From: Lama glama | Lineage: Eukaryota | Assembly (NCBI GenBank): GCA_028534125.1 | Contig: CM052817.1 | Coordinates: 8,992,001 to 9,056,000, forward strand | Reading direction: 5' to 3' | Length of the DNA: 64,000 bases | Shown: one piece after another, positions 1 through 15,560 of the stretch | Numbering within the stretch: the first letter of the stretch is position 1 | Layout of the letters: each line of letters opens with the position of its first letter | Notes under the pieces: generated by a model | What the model was told of the DNA's origin: nothing | Database searches by the model: none | The model's input: only the letters and a program-made list of their open reading frames with translations | Made by a program: the position numbers and the translations under genes

Positions 1-350
1 TACTAGACTTCAGCCCATTATTCTGGCTTTTATCACGCAGATTACTTTTGGCCATTCTTGAACTTCATACAAATTGAATCATAGAATACACTGTCCTCTG
101 TGTCTGGCTTCTCTTATTTAATATAACCTCTTTAAAACCCACCCACGTTGTTGAGTTTACCACTGTTTGTTCTTTTTATTGCTGTATCACATTCTCTTGT
201 ATAAATACATCATTTTTTTACCCATATTTCCATTGATGAACATATGAGTTGTTTCAGAGTATTATAAATCTGACAAAGAGCATTTATGTGTAATTGTTTC
301 AGTGAATATGTACACTTACTACTACTGAGTACATACCTTGGAATGAATTG
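1..350 (-). mobile_element. Old L1M 3'-region fragment
   Basis: tgtgtctggcttctcttattta...ttctttttattgctgtat...cattgatgaacatatgagttgtttc resembles the antisense of an L1M 3' end. Confidence 0.7.
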
Positions 351-2129
351 CCTTTTTAATAGTCTCCTGTGTATCTGAGTAAATTCTTCCTGGCTATAGG
401 TATGTATAGGATGAGAAGAAAAGACAAAAAGGGACAAGAAGAAAGAAACATAAGAGGAAAAGGACTAAAAGCAATGTAACAGCATTTCAAAATTACGTGC
501 TATGGTGTAGGGGGAGAGAGCTGGGTAAGCAATCTGGAACCCTGAGATTCTTCTACTTTAGGCAAATCACTTCTTTCTAAAGTTTAGTTTATTAGTTTAG
601 TCCTGAAGATGGGTTGGTAGACTAGATGCCTTCAATGATCCTTTCCACCTTGATAATTTAGGAATTTCACAAGAATGTTTTTTTCCTTAATTAAGTAAAT
701 TACCTGGATGTTTGAAAAGAGGATACACTGAAGAATCCTTTGTGATTAACAGATCATAGAGGGAGGAGATTTCTAGAACTTTTCCTTCAAATGTTGAAGA
801 CTATTTTTCTTGCCAGTCCTATCTGTCTCTATTCCTTCCTGAATCCTTCTTCCAGAAAGGGATGTTGTTAAGTCAACCAATCAGAGCCCACATTAACTGG
901 AGAGCAAGGCCATTGTGCCTTGTAGGTAGCCCTGTCTCTTTCTTATTCTGCCTCTTAGTGCTATAAACTCTCCCAGGCAGGGCCTGAGCTCTAGGGAGGC
1001 TGGTTTCCTTCTTAGCTTCCCTCTTCTCACCCCAACTGCTTGGTTGAGTGAATATATTGAACTTGGTGCCTAAGCGGGTACCTAAATGTCCACCTAAATA
1101 CCTGTAGACAAGCTTTAGCCCATGAGTCCCAGTCTTCAAATATGAGGGGGACAAGACATCCCACTTCATCCCTACTCTATCACCTTCTACCTCAAAGTTA
1201 TCAGAGGTCTGTGTATTAGTAGGTACTGAATTCTTGGCTGTTAACAAAGCATTTTTCTTCCAGTTGAGAGAGAATTTTTTTTTCCTTTTTTCCCCTTGTG
1301 TGTAGCATTCCCTTAGTAAAGAGTCCAAGAAAGGAAAAGGAAGAAGAGTGGCAGGATTACTCAGACTCCCTCAAGGCCTTCAGGCAGAAGATGTTGAGAG
1401 ATCACAGAAATTCTATATCCAGGGCAGTCATAGGTTGTGCCAAGAAAAGGGAGTTGTTAAAACAAGGTGCCATGGGGAGAATCCTGGCATTAATCGTGGC
1501 TGCCAGGAAGCCGCACTCCATAAACATCCAAACCACAAACCCCAGAGCTACAGATCACGAAGGTGGCTGGGGCTGGGATGCCAATGGAAATAAAGGTGCT
1601 AAGGAGAGGCAGGAGCTCTGAGAACCACATTACACTTCCAGACTCACCTACAGGAGGACCTGGCATGTCTGGTGTGCTGATCTGATCATGTGCCATATGT
1701 TTCACCTGAACTTTTCTCTCTGTATCACACATTTATCTGTTTCAGCAGCTTATATAATTATAAGGCTTTATATACCCTCTCCACATGGGAGTGGGGTTGG
1801 GTGGATGTTTGGAATGATTAAGTCACCTGGCCTAGCACTCACACTGAGTGATGAAGTCAACTTTAGTATTTGTCTGACTGAAAAAACCACAGCACCTTTG
1901 TCATCACCAGCTTGCTCCATCTGTCACTTTACAAATGAAGACAGTAGCTTAGGATGCCAATGTGCGTTGTTGGAGCCAGGACAGGAATCTGGCACTCTTG
2001 CCTCACCCCTGGGTCAGCTCCAGGTCTACTGCTCTGTCTTGTTCATGCCAGAACAAAGCAAAGCCCCCTGTGGAGTTCAAGACAATTTCTGAAATGTCAT
2101 GAAGGGATTGTTTTGCCATCTCCCTTTTA

Positions 2130-2368
2130 AAGACTCAGGTACTGGAGTCATCTTGCCTTGGTTTGAAGCCTAGCTCTGCCATTTGGAGTGTCACATTAGC
2201 AAGTTACATAGTTTTCCTGTGCTTTAGGGTCCTCATCTATAAAACAGGGAAGATATCAATCCTTTCTATCCAGTGTTATGAAGACTAAATGAGATAATCC
2301 ATGCAATAACTTTACCATTAAATTGGGCATGTAATTCACAACACCATCCACAGTAGCCATTATTATTT
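2130..2368 (+). mobile_element. MIR SINE
   Basis: ggtttgaagcctagctctgcca...gcaagttac...cctcatctataaaacaggga...aaatgagataatccatg follows the MIR core. Confidence 0.75.
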
Positions 2369-3084
2369 CTGCTCTATTCCTGACTCGTTATCAGGCAAGG
2401 CAGTTGCACTGGAAGATCAGAGGCTTGGGAATGGGGATGGTGGTCATTTGTCCTATGAAATGAGACTATGCAGGTACACTTCCCTGGGGACTGGGATCAG
2501 ACCCATGTCTTAGATCAGAGCAAACGTCAAGTCCATGGCCCATCATCGTAGTTATCCACAGGTTAATTCATTGAAATGTGGCAGACACTGAGCTGGGCTC
2601 CAAGCTCCAGAGATTAAAGAGAACAGAGTTCCTTCCTGACAGCTCAACTCAGGAAAAGCATAGCAATGAATGAAGACAGTGTCCTACTGTGTTGAGGAAG
2701 AGATGAGACCTAATCTGTCTGCTGATGTAGGGCCCTCAGTTAGTCAGCACAGGCCACCAGCAAGCCTCTTTGCTTTACAATCTGATAGATTTCCTTGGAG
2801 GAATAGGAGAGAATGCTCTAGGCCTGAATATCAAGACTGGGAATAAGACTGAGGAACAGGGCAAGGGTGACTTGTGCCTGAGAATGGTTCTCCTCTCTGG
2901 GCCTTTAATCTCTCATCTATAAGATGGGTATATTCAACTGTCAATGTTGCTATAAGAATTAAAGAGGAAATTTTTATGGCAAGTAGCAAGCACATACTAA
3001 ATATTAATTTAATAATAATGGTATACTTCAGGTTTCAAAAAATGTTAAATTAAAGTGTTCTCTGAATCAGATCTAGGTTAATTT

Positions 3085-3450
3085 GTCCCAAGACCCTTGG
3101 ACTCTCACTCCCAGGAATCTATCCTGTAGAACCAAAAGGAACAGTATGCAAGGGTGTTTATTGCAACATTGTCTCATGGGGGAAAAAAATTAGAAACAAA
3201 AGACATACTCATAGTCAGATAAGACTAAACAGATTTTAGTTCATCTGTAGTCTTCCTGGAATACTGAGCAGCCACTGAAATTAATTTGACTAATAAGAGT
3301 TAACTTGATGGGATTTATACTAACTACTGAAAAAGAAAGAAAAATAAGATGTAGAGAAATGTATGTAAGATATAATTGAGTTTTTATAAAGCAAACAATG
3401 AATTCCCAAATCCCTTTGTTTATGCATTTATAGTGAATTGATGTCTATAT
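3085..3450 (+). mobile_element. Old L1ME-like 3' fragment
   Basis: actcccaggaatctatcctgtagaa...tatgcaagggtgtttattgcaacattgt...aaaattagaaacaa is typical L1M ORF2-end/3'UTR sequence. Confidence 0.6.
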
Positions 3451-3713
3451 GTTTGTAAATTGTTACAGAAGCATGAAGAAACTGCATAAAAAGATGAATT
3501 TCTGGTTGTTAACAAGGGTTGAGGAGAGGGGAAGGAGCAAATGTGAGGCAAGAAAAACAGTAGACATAGGAAATAAAAATAGAAGAAAAGTTAGAAAGAC
3601 ACAATCAAATAACATTTGGTATAATCTCATTTGTGTAAAATACCAGTTTATTAAAAAATTAGAATAAAAAGATTATGTGTGTGTGTACGCACATACACAG
3701 ATTTGTAAGAATG

Positions 3714-4545
3714 TTCACCAATCAATTGACAAAATTTTATTGAACACCTACTAAAGGCCAAATCTTGTTCTGAGGATATGGCAGTGAAAAAAAAAAAGGC
3801 ACAAAAATTTCTGCCATTGTGGCTTGGACAGAGACAAAATAATGAAAGCACTCTATTATACTGTATACTTACAATAATTATATTATTGAAAGTTAGTAAG
3901 TGTTGTGTATAAAATTAAGTCTTAGAAAACAGGTACAGAATGTTATGGGTGCAGTTTTAAAATGGGTGGGTGAACAAGTGTTCACTGAAAAGGTGATATT
4001 TGAATAAAGACTTGAACGCGTGGAATAAAGGCGGAAGCAGAGAGGTCAGTGAGGCAACTAGAGCAATAATGCACGTGAGAGACAGTGGTGGCTTACACTG
4101 GGACAGAGATGATGCAGGAGGTTAGAAGTGGTTGGACTTTGAATATACTCTGAAAGACAGCCGGAAGGATTTGCTGAGGGACTTGATGTAGCATTAGAAA
4201 GACAGAGAGGACTCACATGCAAAATACAGGATTGTTGGGAGCTGAGACAGTGGAGTGATGGAATTTCTATTAACTAAGATGGGGCAGAGCACAAGTAGAG
4301 TCTGTTTTGGGGAGAACGTTAGGTTTTTCATGTTGGATTTGTTAAGTTTAAGTACCTATGACATAGGCCAAGAGTGAAGATGGGTAGGCAGTAGGTTGTT
4401 CAAGTCTAAAATTCAGACAAGCGTCCCATTTGACAGTATAAATTTAGAAGTCAACAACCTAAAGATTTTTAGTGACTTGGAACTGAATGATATCACCAAG
4501 GAAATAATAGGTGGGCTAGAGAAGCGATCCAAGGACCAAACCCTG
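3714..4545 (-). mobile_element. L2 LINE fragment
   Basis: Starts with an antisense L2 tail (tttattgaacacctact), then a purine-rich L2 body (ggatttgctgagggacttgatgtag; tttcatgttggatttgttaagtttaag). Confidence 0.75.
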
Positions 4546-5667
4546 GATGATAATAGCCATGATTTATGTAATATATTCATGATATATGCATGATACATCA
4601 TGAAATTTTAAAAGCAAGGTTCAAAGTAACATGTATAGGATGACTATTTGGTGAAAAAGAAATCTAACTAAACCTTTACATTATTTTATATAATATGTAT
4701 ATAAGACAAGGGGAAAAATGGGGGGGTACACATAAGTTCATTAACATTGTCTACTTTAGAGACATGGAAATGGTTGTATCACTGAGGAAGGGATCATTAG
4801 CTATGCCTTTATACATTTTTTAAATTTACTTGTTGAACAGACAATTTTTATAATATATAAAACCTGAAATGAAAGAACAAAAGTTGTCTGCATCCCACCA
4901 AAATAGTAATTTCTGATTTCCCTCTGGATGGGAGAAATAATCATGCGAATTCTTAGTAAAGCACAATATAAACATTGAGGCCAAATTGGAAAGACAGAAA
5001 GCCTCTTTCTTCTTTGCAGTTATGCAGCACATCAGCCCAAGATTCCAAGGAAGGAAGCTAGCGTTGAAGATTTGTCTTGAGCAAGAACCCAGCTCCAGGG
5101 AATGCTTCAGCTAATCTTTGGCTGTGATTAACCGAGCCAGAGAAGAGCTGCAACTATTCTGAGAGCTCTGAGGTGACAACTGGGGAAAGCACATCCACTT
5201 AGGCAGGAAAGTTCAAATGGAAAACATAAGCAGCAGCAAGAAAAGAACCCCATAGGCTGGGTTGCAACAGGAGGGAGAGTCTATCTTTCTACTGGTTTCT
5301 GGGACAATTGCTGGTTTGAAAACAGATGTCACTTGTCTCATATATTGGATGAGACTACTGGTTCTGGACTCACATTGACTTTATTCCAGTTCTAGTTTCT
5401 TGCCAACTTGCCTAGGGCAAGTTATCATAGCTCTCTGCATCTCAGTCTCTCTCATGTAAAAATGGTGTGATGATGATGATGATGGTGATGATGATAGTAA
5501 TAATAACAGAGGTTGGGGGGGTTGGATTAAATAAGGTTATATCTAACCAATAAAATCCCTAACTCAGTGCCCGGTCAGTACCTCAGCAATCACGTAATTA
5601 AAATTTGCTGTTATTACATTATTGTTATTAAAATTAGTAGCTTTTCAGTAAAATCTATTTGTTTAAG

Positions 5668-6036
5668 GCTATGGGTTGATTTGTGTTTATCAGAAAAATA
5701 TGTTCATGTCCTCATGCCTGGTATCTGTGAATATGAATTCATCTGGAAACAGAAGCTTTGCAGATGTATGCAAGTTACTATGAGTTCATACTGGATGAGG
5801 GTGAGTCTCTAACCCACTGATACAACTGCAGAGGGAACACAGGGTTGCCAGCAGCCACCTGAGGCTAGGAGAAAGGCATGGAGCACACTTGCCTTCAGAG
5901 CCGCCAGAAGGAATTAACCATGTCAGCATTTTGATTTTAGATTTCTAGCATCCATAACTGTGAGACAATAAATTTATGTCATTTAAGCTATCAAAATTGT
6001 AGTCTTCCGTTGTGGCAGATGTAGGAAATTCATACC
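5668..6036 (+). mobile_element. MaLR LTR (MLT1B/C-like), internally deleted
   Basis: aaatatgttcatgtcct...gtatctgtgaatatga...ctttgcagatgta...gctaggagaaaggcatggagca...ttgattttagatttctagcatccataactgtgagacaataaatt. Confidence 0.8.
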
Positions 6037-7789
6037 GTTAAAGATAGGAAAGAAATTGGTGAACTTTGCTAGCAGTTGCCCCAACACCACAAAAATCACT
6101 TTGGTCTGAGGATTCATTTAGAATTTGGACATGTTGATTACTGAACATAAAGTGGAATATTCCTTTATCCCTTTTATTTAGTGAAACTTCAGATAGTTTA
6201 TGGACTTCTAATACATCAAAGAAGATGAGACAGCCACAGGCCTTCCTGGGAAACGCTACAGGCACACTGAATAAATGTCTATTGAACCAAATGGACTGAA
6301 TTGAATTTCAACATAGAACAGGGTCTTGCTAGAGCCTTGAATCACCATTAAAACTAAAACTAATGGCCTGTTTTTTTTCAAACTATATAGCCAAAATACT
6401 AATAGCTATCAACCATTATGCTTGCTAGGTGCTTTCCTTATTCAAAGCATTTTGCATTTATTTACCTATTTAACTCACTACAATCCTATGTAATAGAAAG
6501 AAAAAGCAGTTGACACAATATGTCTTTTACTTATAATAAAAAAGTATTATGTGAATGAACCTCGGAAAGTGCCCAACACATATCAATGCATACGACAGAT
6601 CAGACTACCAGATATTCACATTCCTGTACTACAGTTCAGAGTGGTTGCTAGGAAATAGTTGCCAAGCCATTGGTTGTATGTCCCCAACCTCCTGGCATTA
6701 CTCTATGTGGGACCCTGTTACTCATTTTTGGATAATATGAGCAGAAGTGCATTTTGTAAACTTCATACCAAGGAATTTAAATAGAAGATAAAAGTTCACC
6801 ATATTCTCTCTCTCCCTTCTGCATGAAGCCTGGAATTCTAGTGATGAGTATGAGGGCTTTCCAAGCTTAAATATTCATTGGAGCCACAGCGCCCAGGAGG
6901 ACTGCCCCACTGGGAATCCTGACATTGCTAAGCCACCCTGGACACCTTTGTTATAGCATTTAGCCCACTCCTTGCTTATCATTATCATCGCCATCATTAG
7001 AATTATCATCTTATTATTAACTTTTTACTTTTCAGAGAAAAGAATGGACACTTGAAACTCCACTGTTACAATGCAGTTATCCCAACTGAAGAAACTTTGC
7101 AGCCTGGTGACCCACAACAATGTCTCTAATGTCTGAAGTTTAGGTCAAGATAAAATCTTCCTTGATGCATTTGTTCATTTTCTTTCCGAGTCCCTTTCAA
7201 ACAGCAAAGTGAAGAGCCTATTTCTCCTGAAGTGCTTGGGAATGACACCTCTGCTGAAGACTGCTGGCTCTCAGGCTGTGATTCTTGGCTGCAGATAGGG
7301 GTGGCGGCTAGACTTGGCTAATCGAGCTCACTTAGCCCTTATGTCTGGTGTCATGAGTAAATTGAGAACATGACCACAACACTGAGCAGCTAAGCAAATG
7401 ACAGACTTGTTCCTCTCAGACAGCAGCGTGAGTTTATAACTTTCCAGTGTTCTCTGGAAAGTGAAAACAAGAGAAATGAGTCGTTACAGTATTAGGTACC
7501 ATCGGGAAGAACATCTTTGATAGTCGGTCTTCTCTCTCCTGATACTAACTGATTGAAACTGGTAAGGGGACATTTCCTTAACGTTTCACTACTTCATTTT
7601 CTCCAGGGTAATATATTGGACATTATTAGATTCGGGTTTTTTTCCCCCTAAATCTATCCAATTGTTATTAATTCAAGGTCTGCATCCAAGTCAAGATGGG
7701 GTAAGCAAAGCACTTAGAACAATTCATTGAATAATGTGTTATAAGAACTTCAAAAAAAAACTTTCCTCTCCTTGTTACTCATCAGCCAC

Positions 7790-7897
7790 TGTCACAGCTA
7801 TTCAACTCTGCCACTATAGCATGACAGCAGTCATAGGCAATATGTAAATGACTGGGCATGGTTGTATGGCAATAAAACTTTATTTATAAAACAAACA
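7790..7897 (+). mobile_element. MER58-like hAT-Charlie fragment
   Basis: gtcacagctattcaactctgccactatagc...ataggcaatatgtaaatg...gcatggttgt...caataaaactttattta. Confidence 0.75.
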
Positions 7898-8784
7898 TTG
7901 AAACAGAATTTCAAACATAGGGAAATGCAAGTGCAACAAATTTAAGGCATTAATGTGAATGGCATGTTCAAAGGAATAAAAGATCAGCTGACCAGAGATT
8001 AATGAACAAGGAGGATACCAGTGTGATAAGAGGTCCAAGAGGCATCAGGGGCCAGGTCAGGCAGGGTGCCTTAGGCAACAGTTTAGCTTTAAGTCTATGT
8101 GTTTCTGATGGATAAGATGTCTAGTGAGGGAAAGAGAGATACAAAGTCAGATTACTAAATATTTTACTTGAGAAACAAAATTGCCCGTAATGGGAGACTG
8201 GAAAAATGTGGGGAACAGAACTAAAAATTAACTTTTGGCCAACACATAATTTGCAAATCATATTTCCTACAAAAAAGCTGAAACAATAGTGATCCATTTT
8301 TTTCAGTCTTAAACTCTGATTCTCATAGTTCTCACAATTATATATCACTGTTTGGCATCCTGGAAGGAAGGTAGACTTCAGTGTAGACAGAATTGGTTGA
8401 AATGCTGACTCTCACACTGTCTACCTGTGTGGGAAAAGCTGTGTGGAAAAAGCCAAAGGAAGGCCATTCTCTCTGAGTCTCTGTTTTCTCATCTGGGAAG
8501 TAAGTTTATTATTAGCCACCTCCCAGATTTGTTTTGAAAAAAAGTTCTTAATGAAGAATATGGAATAACAGATTTTCCATAAACAGTGCTTTCCTTCCTT
8601 CTCATTTATGTATTCATCCTAAAATATTTATTGCATTTTGTGCCAAGTATGTGTCAGACACTGCTCCAAGCATAGGTATAGAGATGTGAGCAAGAATAAT
8701 AAATCTCAGCCTTCAGGAAATACACGTGGATCCTTATTGGATTATATATAGATATGGATGTGGATATGCATATAAATACAGATC

Positions 8785-8997
8785 ACTTATTCTCAACCAG
8801 AGATGATTTTGTCCTTAAGAAGACAGTTGACAATGTCCGCTTATATGTATTGCTGTCATACTGGGGGTAGATGCTACCGACACCTGGTGGGTAGAGGTTA
8901 GGGATTCTGCTGATTTTGCTACAAAGCACAGGACAGCCTCACCCACCACAAAGAATTATTCAGCCCAAAATGCCAATAACATGTTAAGAAACCTTGG
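8785..8997 (+). mobile_element. MER20 DNA transposon
   Basis: ttctcaaccagagatgattttg...tggtgggtagaggttagggattctgct...gcacaggacagcc...aaagaattattcagcccaaaatgccaata...ttaagaaacc. Confidence 0.85.
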
Positions 8998-9729
8998 TTT
9001 AGAGATGTGTGTGGTGTGTTAAAATAATTTTTAAAAATAACTATGAAGAGTACAGAAAGGAAAGTTAAAGAGTGCTGTATAGTTTTAGTTGAAGAAGGGA
9101 ACCCTGAATAGAATAGATGCCTTGTCCTGGTAATTTCTGAAAGAAGAATTTCCCAAACAGAAAGTTCAGGACTTGTAACTGACCACCAGCATAACTTTTA
9201 AAGAACCTTGTCTCCAGCTGTAAATGTGAATTCAAAATCCATGCAGTTTCTTATTTTCTCATAGTATGACTTATGATGAGAAAGACAACTTGGGAATTTA
9301 AATAAACTTAGGACCAAATGTTGGATTTATAACTCTTTACATAATCTTAGAAATCTCAGTTCATGTAGCCCTGGTTTCCTTACCTGTAAAATAACAGGGT
9401 CAATAATAGAAAATAAGTGAAACAGAGTTGTTTTGAAAACTAAATGAATTAGCCCATTTAAAATGCCTATGTTGGTGTCTGGCACATAGTAGGAATTCAA
9501 TAAACAGCCATCCTCCTCCTACCCAATTGTTTTGGAAATAGGAGTGGAGAAAAGGATGATCCAATGCCTCCTGTCTTTTTTGACCTCAGTTAATTACCAC
9601 TAGTAAATCAGTGGCTAAAATTCTCAGACTCATCTTTTACTTCTCTCTGTCTTTGCCTCTCCTGTAGTATTCTCCCTCTGAATAAGTCCCAAAGTCATAC
9701 AGATTCAGGCTTTTTGGTAGAAGTGGATG

Positions 9730-10680
9730 ACTTTTGTATGTAAGAGTGTAGGAGCAAACCAAGGGAGCTGTCCAGCAGAAAGTTAGAAATTCAGGACCAG
9801 AAGATACAAGAGAAGTGAATTCTCTTATTGGCATTAGGAACGCCATCCATCTAGTAGCAACACTGCAAAGGAAGAGATTTTCAAGAGAGAGCAAAGATGA
9901 TTGAAATATAGGGAAGAACTTCGTGTAAAGGAGAACACCTATCAAGTTGGCAGGGTGACACAGAGAAAGAAGTTTCACACAAGTCTGAAGAGTGAAGATA
10001 ATCAGCAAAATCAGACGTGTTGAAGGAGAATGGGGACAGAATAAATCTGGCAATTGTAAAGGTACTGTCAACTCACTAACCAGGAGAGCTGTGTGAATGG
10101 AATTCAGGTCATGAGGGGACCCAGTGGAATATAATAACATTGGGACAGTTTCCGTACAGGACATTTTCAAGATGCTTGTAGCAGAAGTAAGTAGAGAGAT
10201 GACATCTTAAAAAAGGAGGTGTGCGTGGTGACCTAGTGTAGAAGTAAAACGATTAACTTGGGCAAACAGTGGAAGAGGACCAAAGGAAGAGAAAGATATG
10301 TGAAGACAGCTATGAAATGCAGCAAGGCCAACTCTTACCATTTCTCACCAGCTTCCTCTAGTGAGGCAGGAGGTGAATCAGCAGTGAGTGACTGAGCAAA
10401 GGGTTTAAATGACAATGAAAAAGGTTTGCAATGGTTGCTTTAGGAATACATCAGATTCCTTTAAAAAGGAAGTCAAGGGCTGAGAAGCTGTGGGCAGATC
10501 CAAATTGCGGTTAAATGGAGTCAACTTGAAATAGACTCAGTCATCACACTTATGTGGCTTTCTTCAGGAAACGTGGCTGGCAAGGAGCAGAACAAAAGCA
10601 ACAGACTGGACAGTGGATGACCTGGGTCAGCATGTTGCGAGGATGAGAATGCAGAAGGTTAAAGTTGGAAGAAAAATCCT
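9730..10680 (-). mobile_element. L2 LINE fragment (degenerate)
   Basis: Purine-rich L2 body motifs such as gtccagcagaaagttagaaat and aatctggcaattgtaaaggtactgtcaact. Confidence 0.55.
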
Positions 10681-12317
10681 CAGAATGGCAGCAGGGCAGA
10701 TCTATGCATTGGTGTTCAGGTTATCTGGGAAAATATTGTGGAAAAAAAGGCATAAAGGAAGAAGTTATTCTTTCAGTCAGTTACTCATCAGATATGTACA
10801 TCTATCACATACAGCTGTAAGTGAAACTTTGGGGAAACAATTACGAGCAAAATATAACCTTGACCTTTAAGGATTTCACCATCCAGTGGGTAAAAGGATT
10901 AGTCATTACCTTGACTGCTCAGAGAGCATCCGATTCCAAGGGAAATAAGCCACTGAAATGGCCTTAAGTTCAGTGGGAAATTTATTATAAAGAACTAGGG
11001 TATATTTCGTAGAACAAAAAGGCAGGAAGTATAATTGTTCTTCAGTGAGGACTAGAAGCAGAAATAGAAATGCTCCAAGGAAAAGGAATAAGAAAGTTTA
11101 CCATGAATGAAGTAGGATGCTGAGAAATAAATGTAGGAAACAGAGAGAGAGAGAGAGAGAGAAAGCTAAAAACAAAAATCCAAAAGGGAAGAAGGGAAAT
11201 ATTTACTGGATCTCATACAGAAATGTACTAATTTCCTCAACCACCCTATGATTTAAATATTCATGTTTCCAATTAAACATAAACAAAGTAAAGTTCAGGT
11301 TAGCAAATAATGTATACAAATTCACTTGACTAGAATCCACACTTTTTCTTCAAAGGTTAATTAGATACAGATACTACCTTCTAGAAGCTTTCTCTCTATG
11401 AAGGGAAAATAATATGTAAACATTAGTGATCATGACATCATATGGGATCATCTCACCACTGAGCAGGAGAAAGCCAATAATTGGGCTTAAATTTCTAATG
11501 ATTGGGTAGATAGGCTTCAAAATATTGATTTCACCTTATCATTAAATGACTGAAGGAAATCTTGGGTATGAAACACACAGATGAGTATTCATTTTACTTT
11601 TTTGGCTACCATGCAACACAAAATTTATTAACATTTTGATAGGTTCAGCTATCATAAATTATAGAAAGGGGAGTAAGAAAGAAAGCACACATTCATTTGA
11701 TGAGCCCAAGTGAGTTGCTACCAGGCTGGAGAAATGGCAGACTATCAGGACTGGGACCCTATAGGTAATGAATAGAGTAGAATTAGGGTGGAGAGTTCTA
11801 TGTCTGGGATATGCAAATGAGGACTACAGGGGCTGCTTAAGACTGCATCTATTGGTTTCTCAGGTGGAGTTATGCCAAAGCAACATGAATCATGATAAAG
11901 AACAGGTATGCTAAGCTGTGGGCAGAGCTCACAGTTGAGGTTAGAGAAGAATAGTCTTGCCATGGTTATCCCCATGCGGCCTTCTCTAGTAGTAGTGGCT
12001 GGCAAGGAGCAAAGCAGAAGGCAAAAGACTTGACCATAGATGATGCTGGGCAAGATGTCGGGAAGGTGGCTTGAAGAATCCAACTGAGTTTTTGTAGCTA
12101 CACATGGCTCCACAGATAGATGGTGAGAACTTTTGATCAAACATTTTTATTTCTCTCCATTCTCCCCAACCTATATCCATAGACACACACAAACACACAC
12201 ACACACACATATACTTAAATAAGAATTTGGAGAAACACAGAATAACAGAATACACTGGAGATAAAAATTCTCTTGATAGGCATTGATTGTTCCTGAGACA
12301 ATTCCTTGAGGCTAACA

Positions 12318-12525
12318 ATGATAGCTACCATTATCAGTCAGTACTGATAATGAACCAGGTTTTTCACTCACTTAACATTCAAAACATCTCTTTGAGGTGA
12401 GCATTTATTATGCTCATTTTACAGATGAGGAAGCTTCAGGTAGAAGAGATGAAATAACTTGCCCAGAGTCCTTCTGAGGCTGAGATTCAACTTTCTGCCT
12501 CCCTGATTGAGAGTTCAGATCTTCC
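12318..12525 (-). mobile_element. MIR SINE
   Basis: atgctcattttacagatgaggaagc...aaataacttgcccagagtc is the antisense MIR core. Confidence 0.8.
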
Positions 12526-12724
12526 CAGTGTGTGCAATTGCAATCCGTATATCTTACCCTATCTTACATTCTTATATTGAGGTGATTTAAAATTGATCAA
12601 TCAGCTCTTCTGTTCTGTTTCACCAGACATTGGTAAAAAACACTACTTCAACCATAACACCAGAGCAAGATTGAAAACTGAAAAATCTTTGTATATTTTT
12701 CTAATTTCTTACTTTCTTATATAA

Positions 12725-14425
<1,701 letters not shown>

Positions 14426-14524
14426 TATATATATATATAACCTATATATATAGAGGTTACCCTTAACGGATTATAAACTGATTTTTTGAATCATGGATCA
14501 TGGTACTACTGACCTAAATTTTTT

Positions 14525-15560
14525 ATCCATTTGTTTCACAAACATTTATTATATTGAACATTGTGTCAGATGCTTAGGACACATGATAAATGGGTGCGTA
14601 GCTTTAAGGAGTTGATAGTACAATTGAGCTGAAAAGAAAAGGATACATAGAAAAAGATTAAAACTAGTAAGAGGGTGATAAATATCACATTGACAGTCTA
14701 TATGGTGTATTGCCAGAGCACAAAAATCTTTGCCAAAACCAAATAAGATATCTTATGGAACTGAGTAGGAAAGATTTTTGGACTTGGCAAACGGAAGGGA
14801 TGATCTGTCATCATCTGAGATGGGAAGTGGCAGAGTGGAGCAGGTTGTGACGGTGGGTGAGGTGGGGAGATAACCGGCATGTTGAGTTTGAGTTGTCTAT
14901 TAAACATCCAAATAGAGATGTGAAACAGAAGTCAGATATTGGATTTAGGGATTGGGAGAGAGGTCTTGACCCTGTAGGTGAGATCATCAGAAAATAAATG
15001 TATCAGGAAAGAGAAGAAAAGACAAGAACGAACCCTGGGGCAGCCCCAGATGAAGAGGCCATGAAGACAAGGCACCAGCAAAGGAAACTGAGGAGGAACC
15101 GCCAGTAAAGCAGGAAGGAACTCAGTGGGCTCTAAAGCCCTGAGAGACCTGAAGAAAGCATGTCAAAGAGAAGCAAATTGCCTGTGTCAAGTGCTGCTGA
15201 GAGATCAAGTGAGAGGAAGGTTGAGAACTGACCACTGAATACAGCAGTTCGGGAGTCAGTGATGACCTTGAAGTGAGCAATTTCCGTACAGCAGTGGGGA
15301 GAAAGCCTGCTTAGGGTGGTTTTAAAGAAAAAGAGGAGGGAAATTGAAAACATTGAGACTAGACAAATCCCTCAGGATTTGCAGTAAAGGGGAATACAGA
15401 GAGGGGGTGAAGACTCACAGAAGAAGTGGAGTCAAGTGACTGGTTTTAAGATAGGAAAATAATACATGACGTCGTGCTGATTGAAATGATCCAGTTGAGA
15501 GGAGTGTTTACTGAGGATGTAACATCTAGAGGGAAGTATTGGTAAAGCAAGGTCCTTGAT
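14525..15560 (-). mobile_element. L2 LINE fragment
   Basis: catttgtttcacaaacatttatt tail, then catgttgagtttgagttgtctattaaacatccaaatagagatg and tgtgtcaagtgctgctgagagatcaagtgagaggaaggttgagaactgaccactg. Confidence 0.8.

Noticed and set aside
873..2092. Overlapping ORFs of 107-151 aa near the window start
   Set aside because: No recognisable domain, mostly non-ATG starts, and lengths within chance expectation.
9637..10170. 177-aa minus-strand ORF
   Set aside because: Lies in a decayed L2; the Leu/Ser/Phe bias reflects a pyrimidine-rich strand.
10573..12011. Identical 17-mer GTGGCTGGCAAGGAGCA at 10573 and 11995
   Set aside because: Flanking similarity is loose; most simply two homologous old L2 fragments or chance, with no element structure between them.
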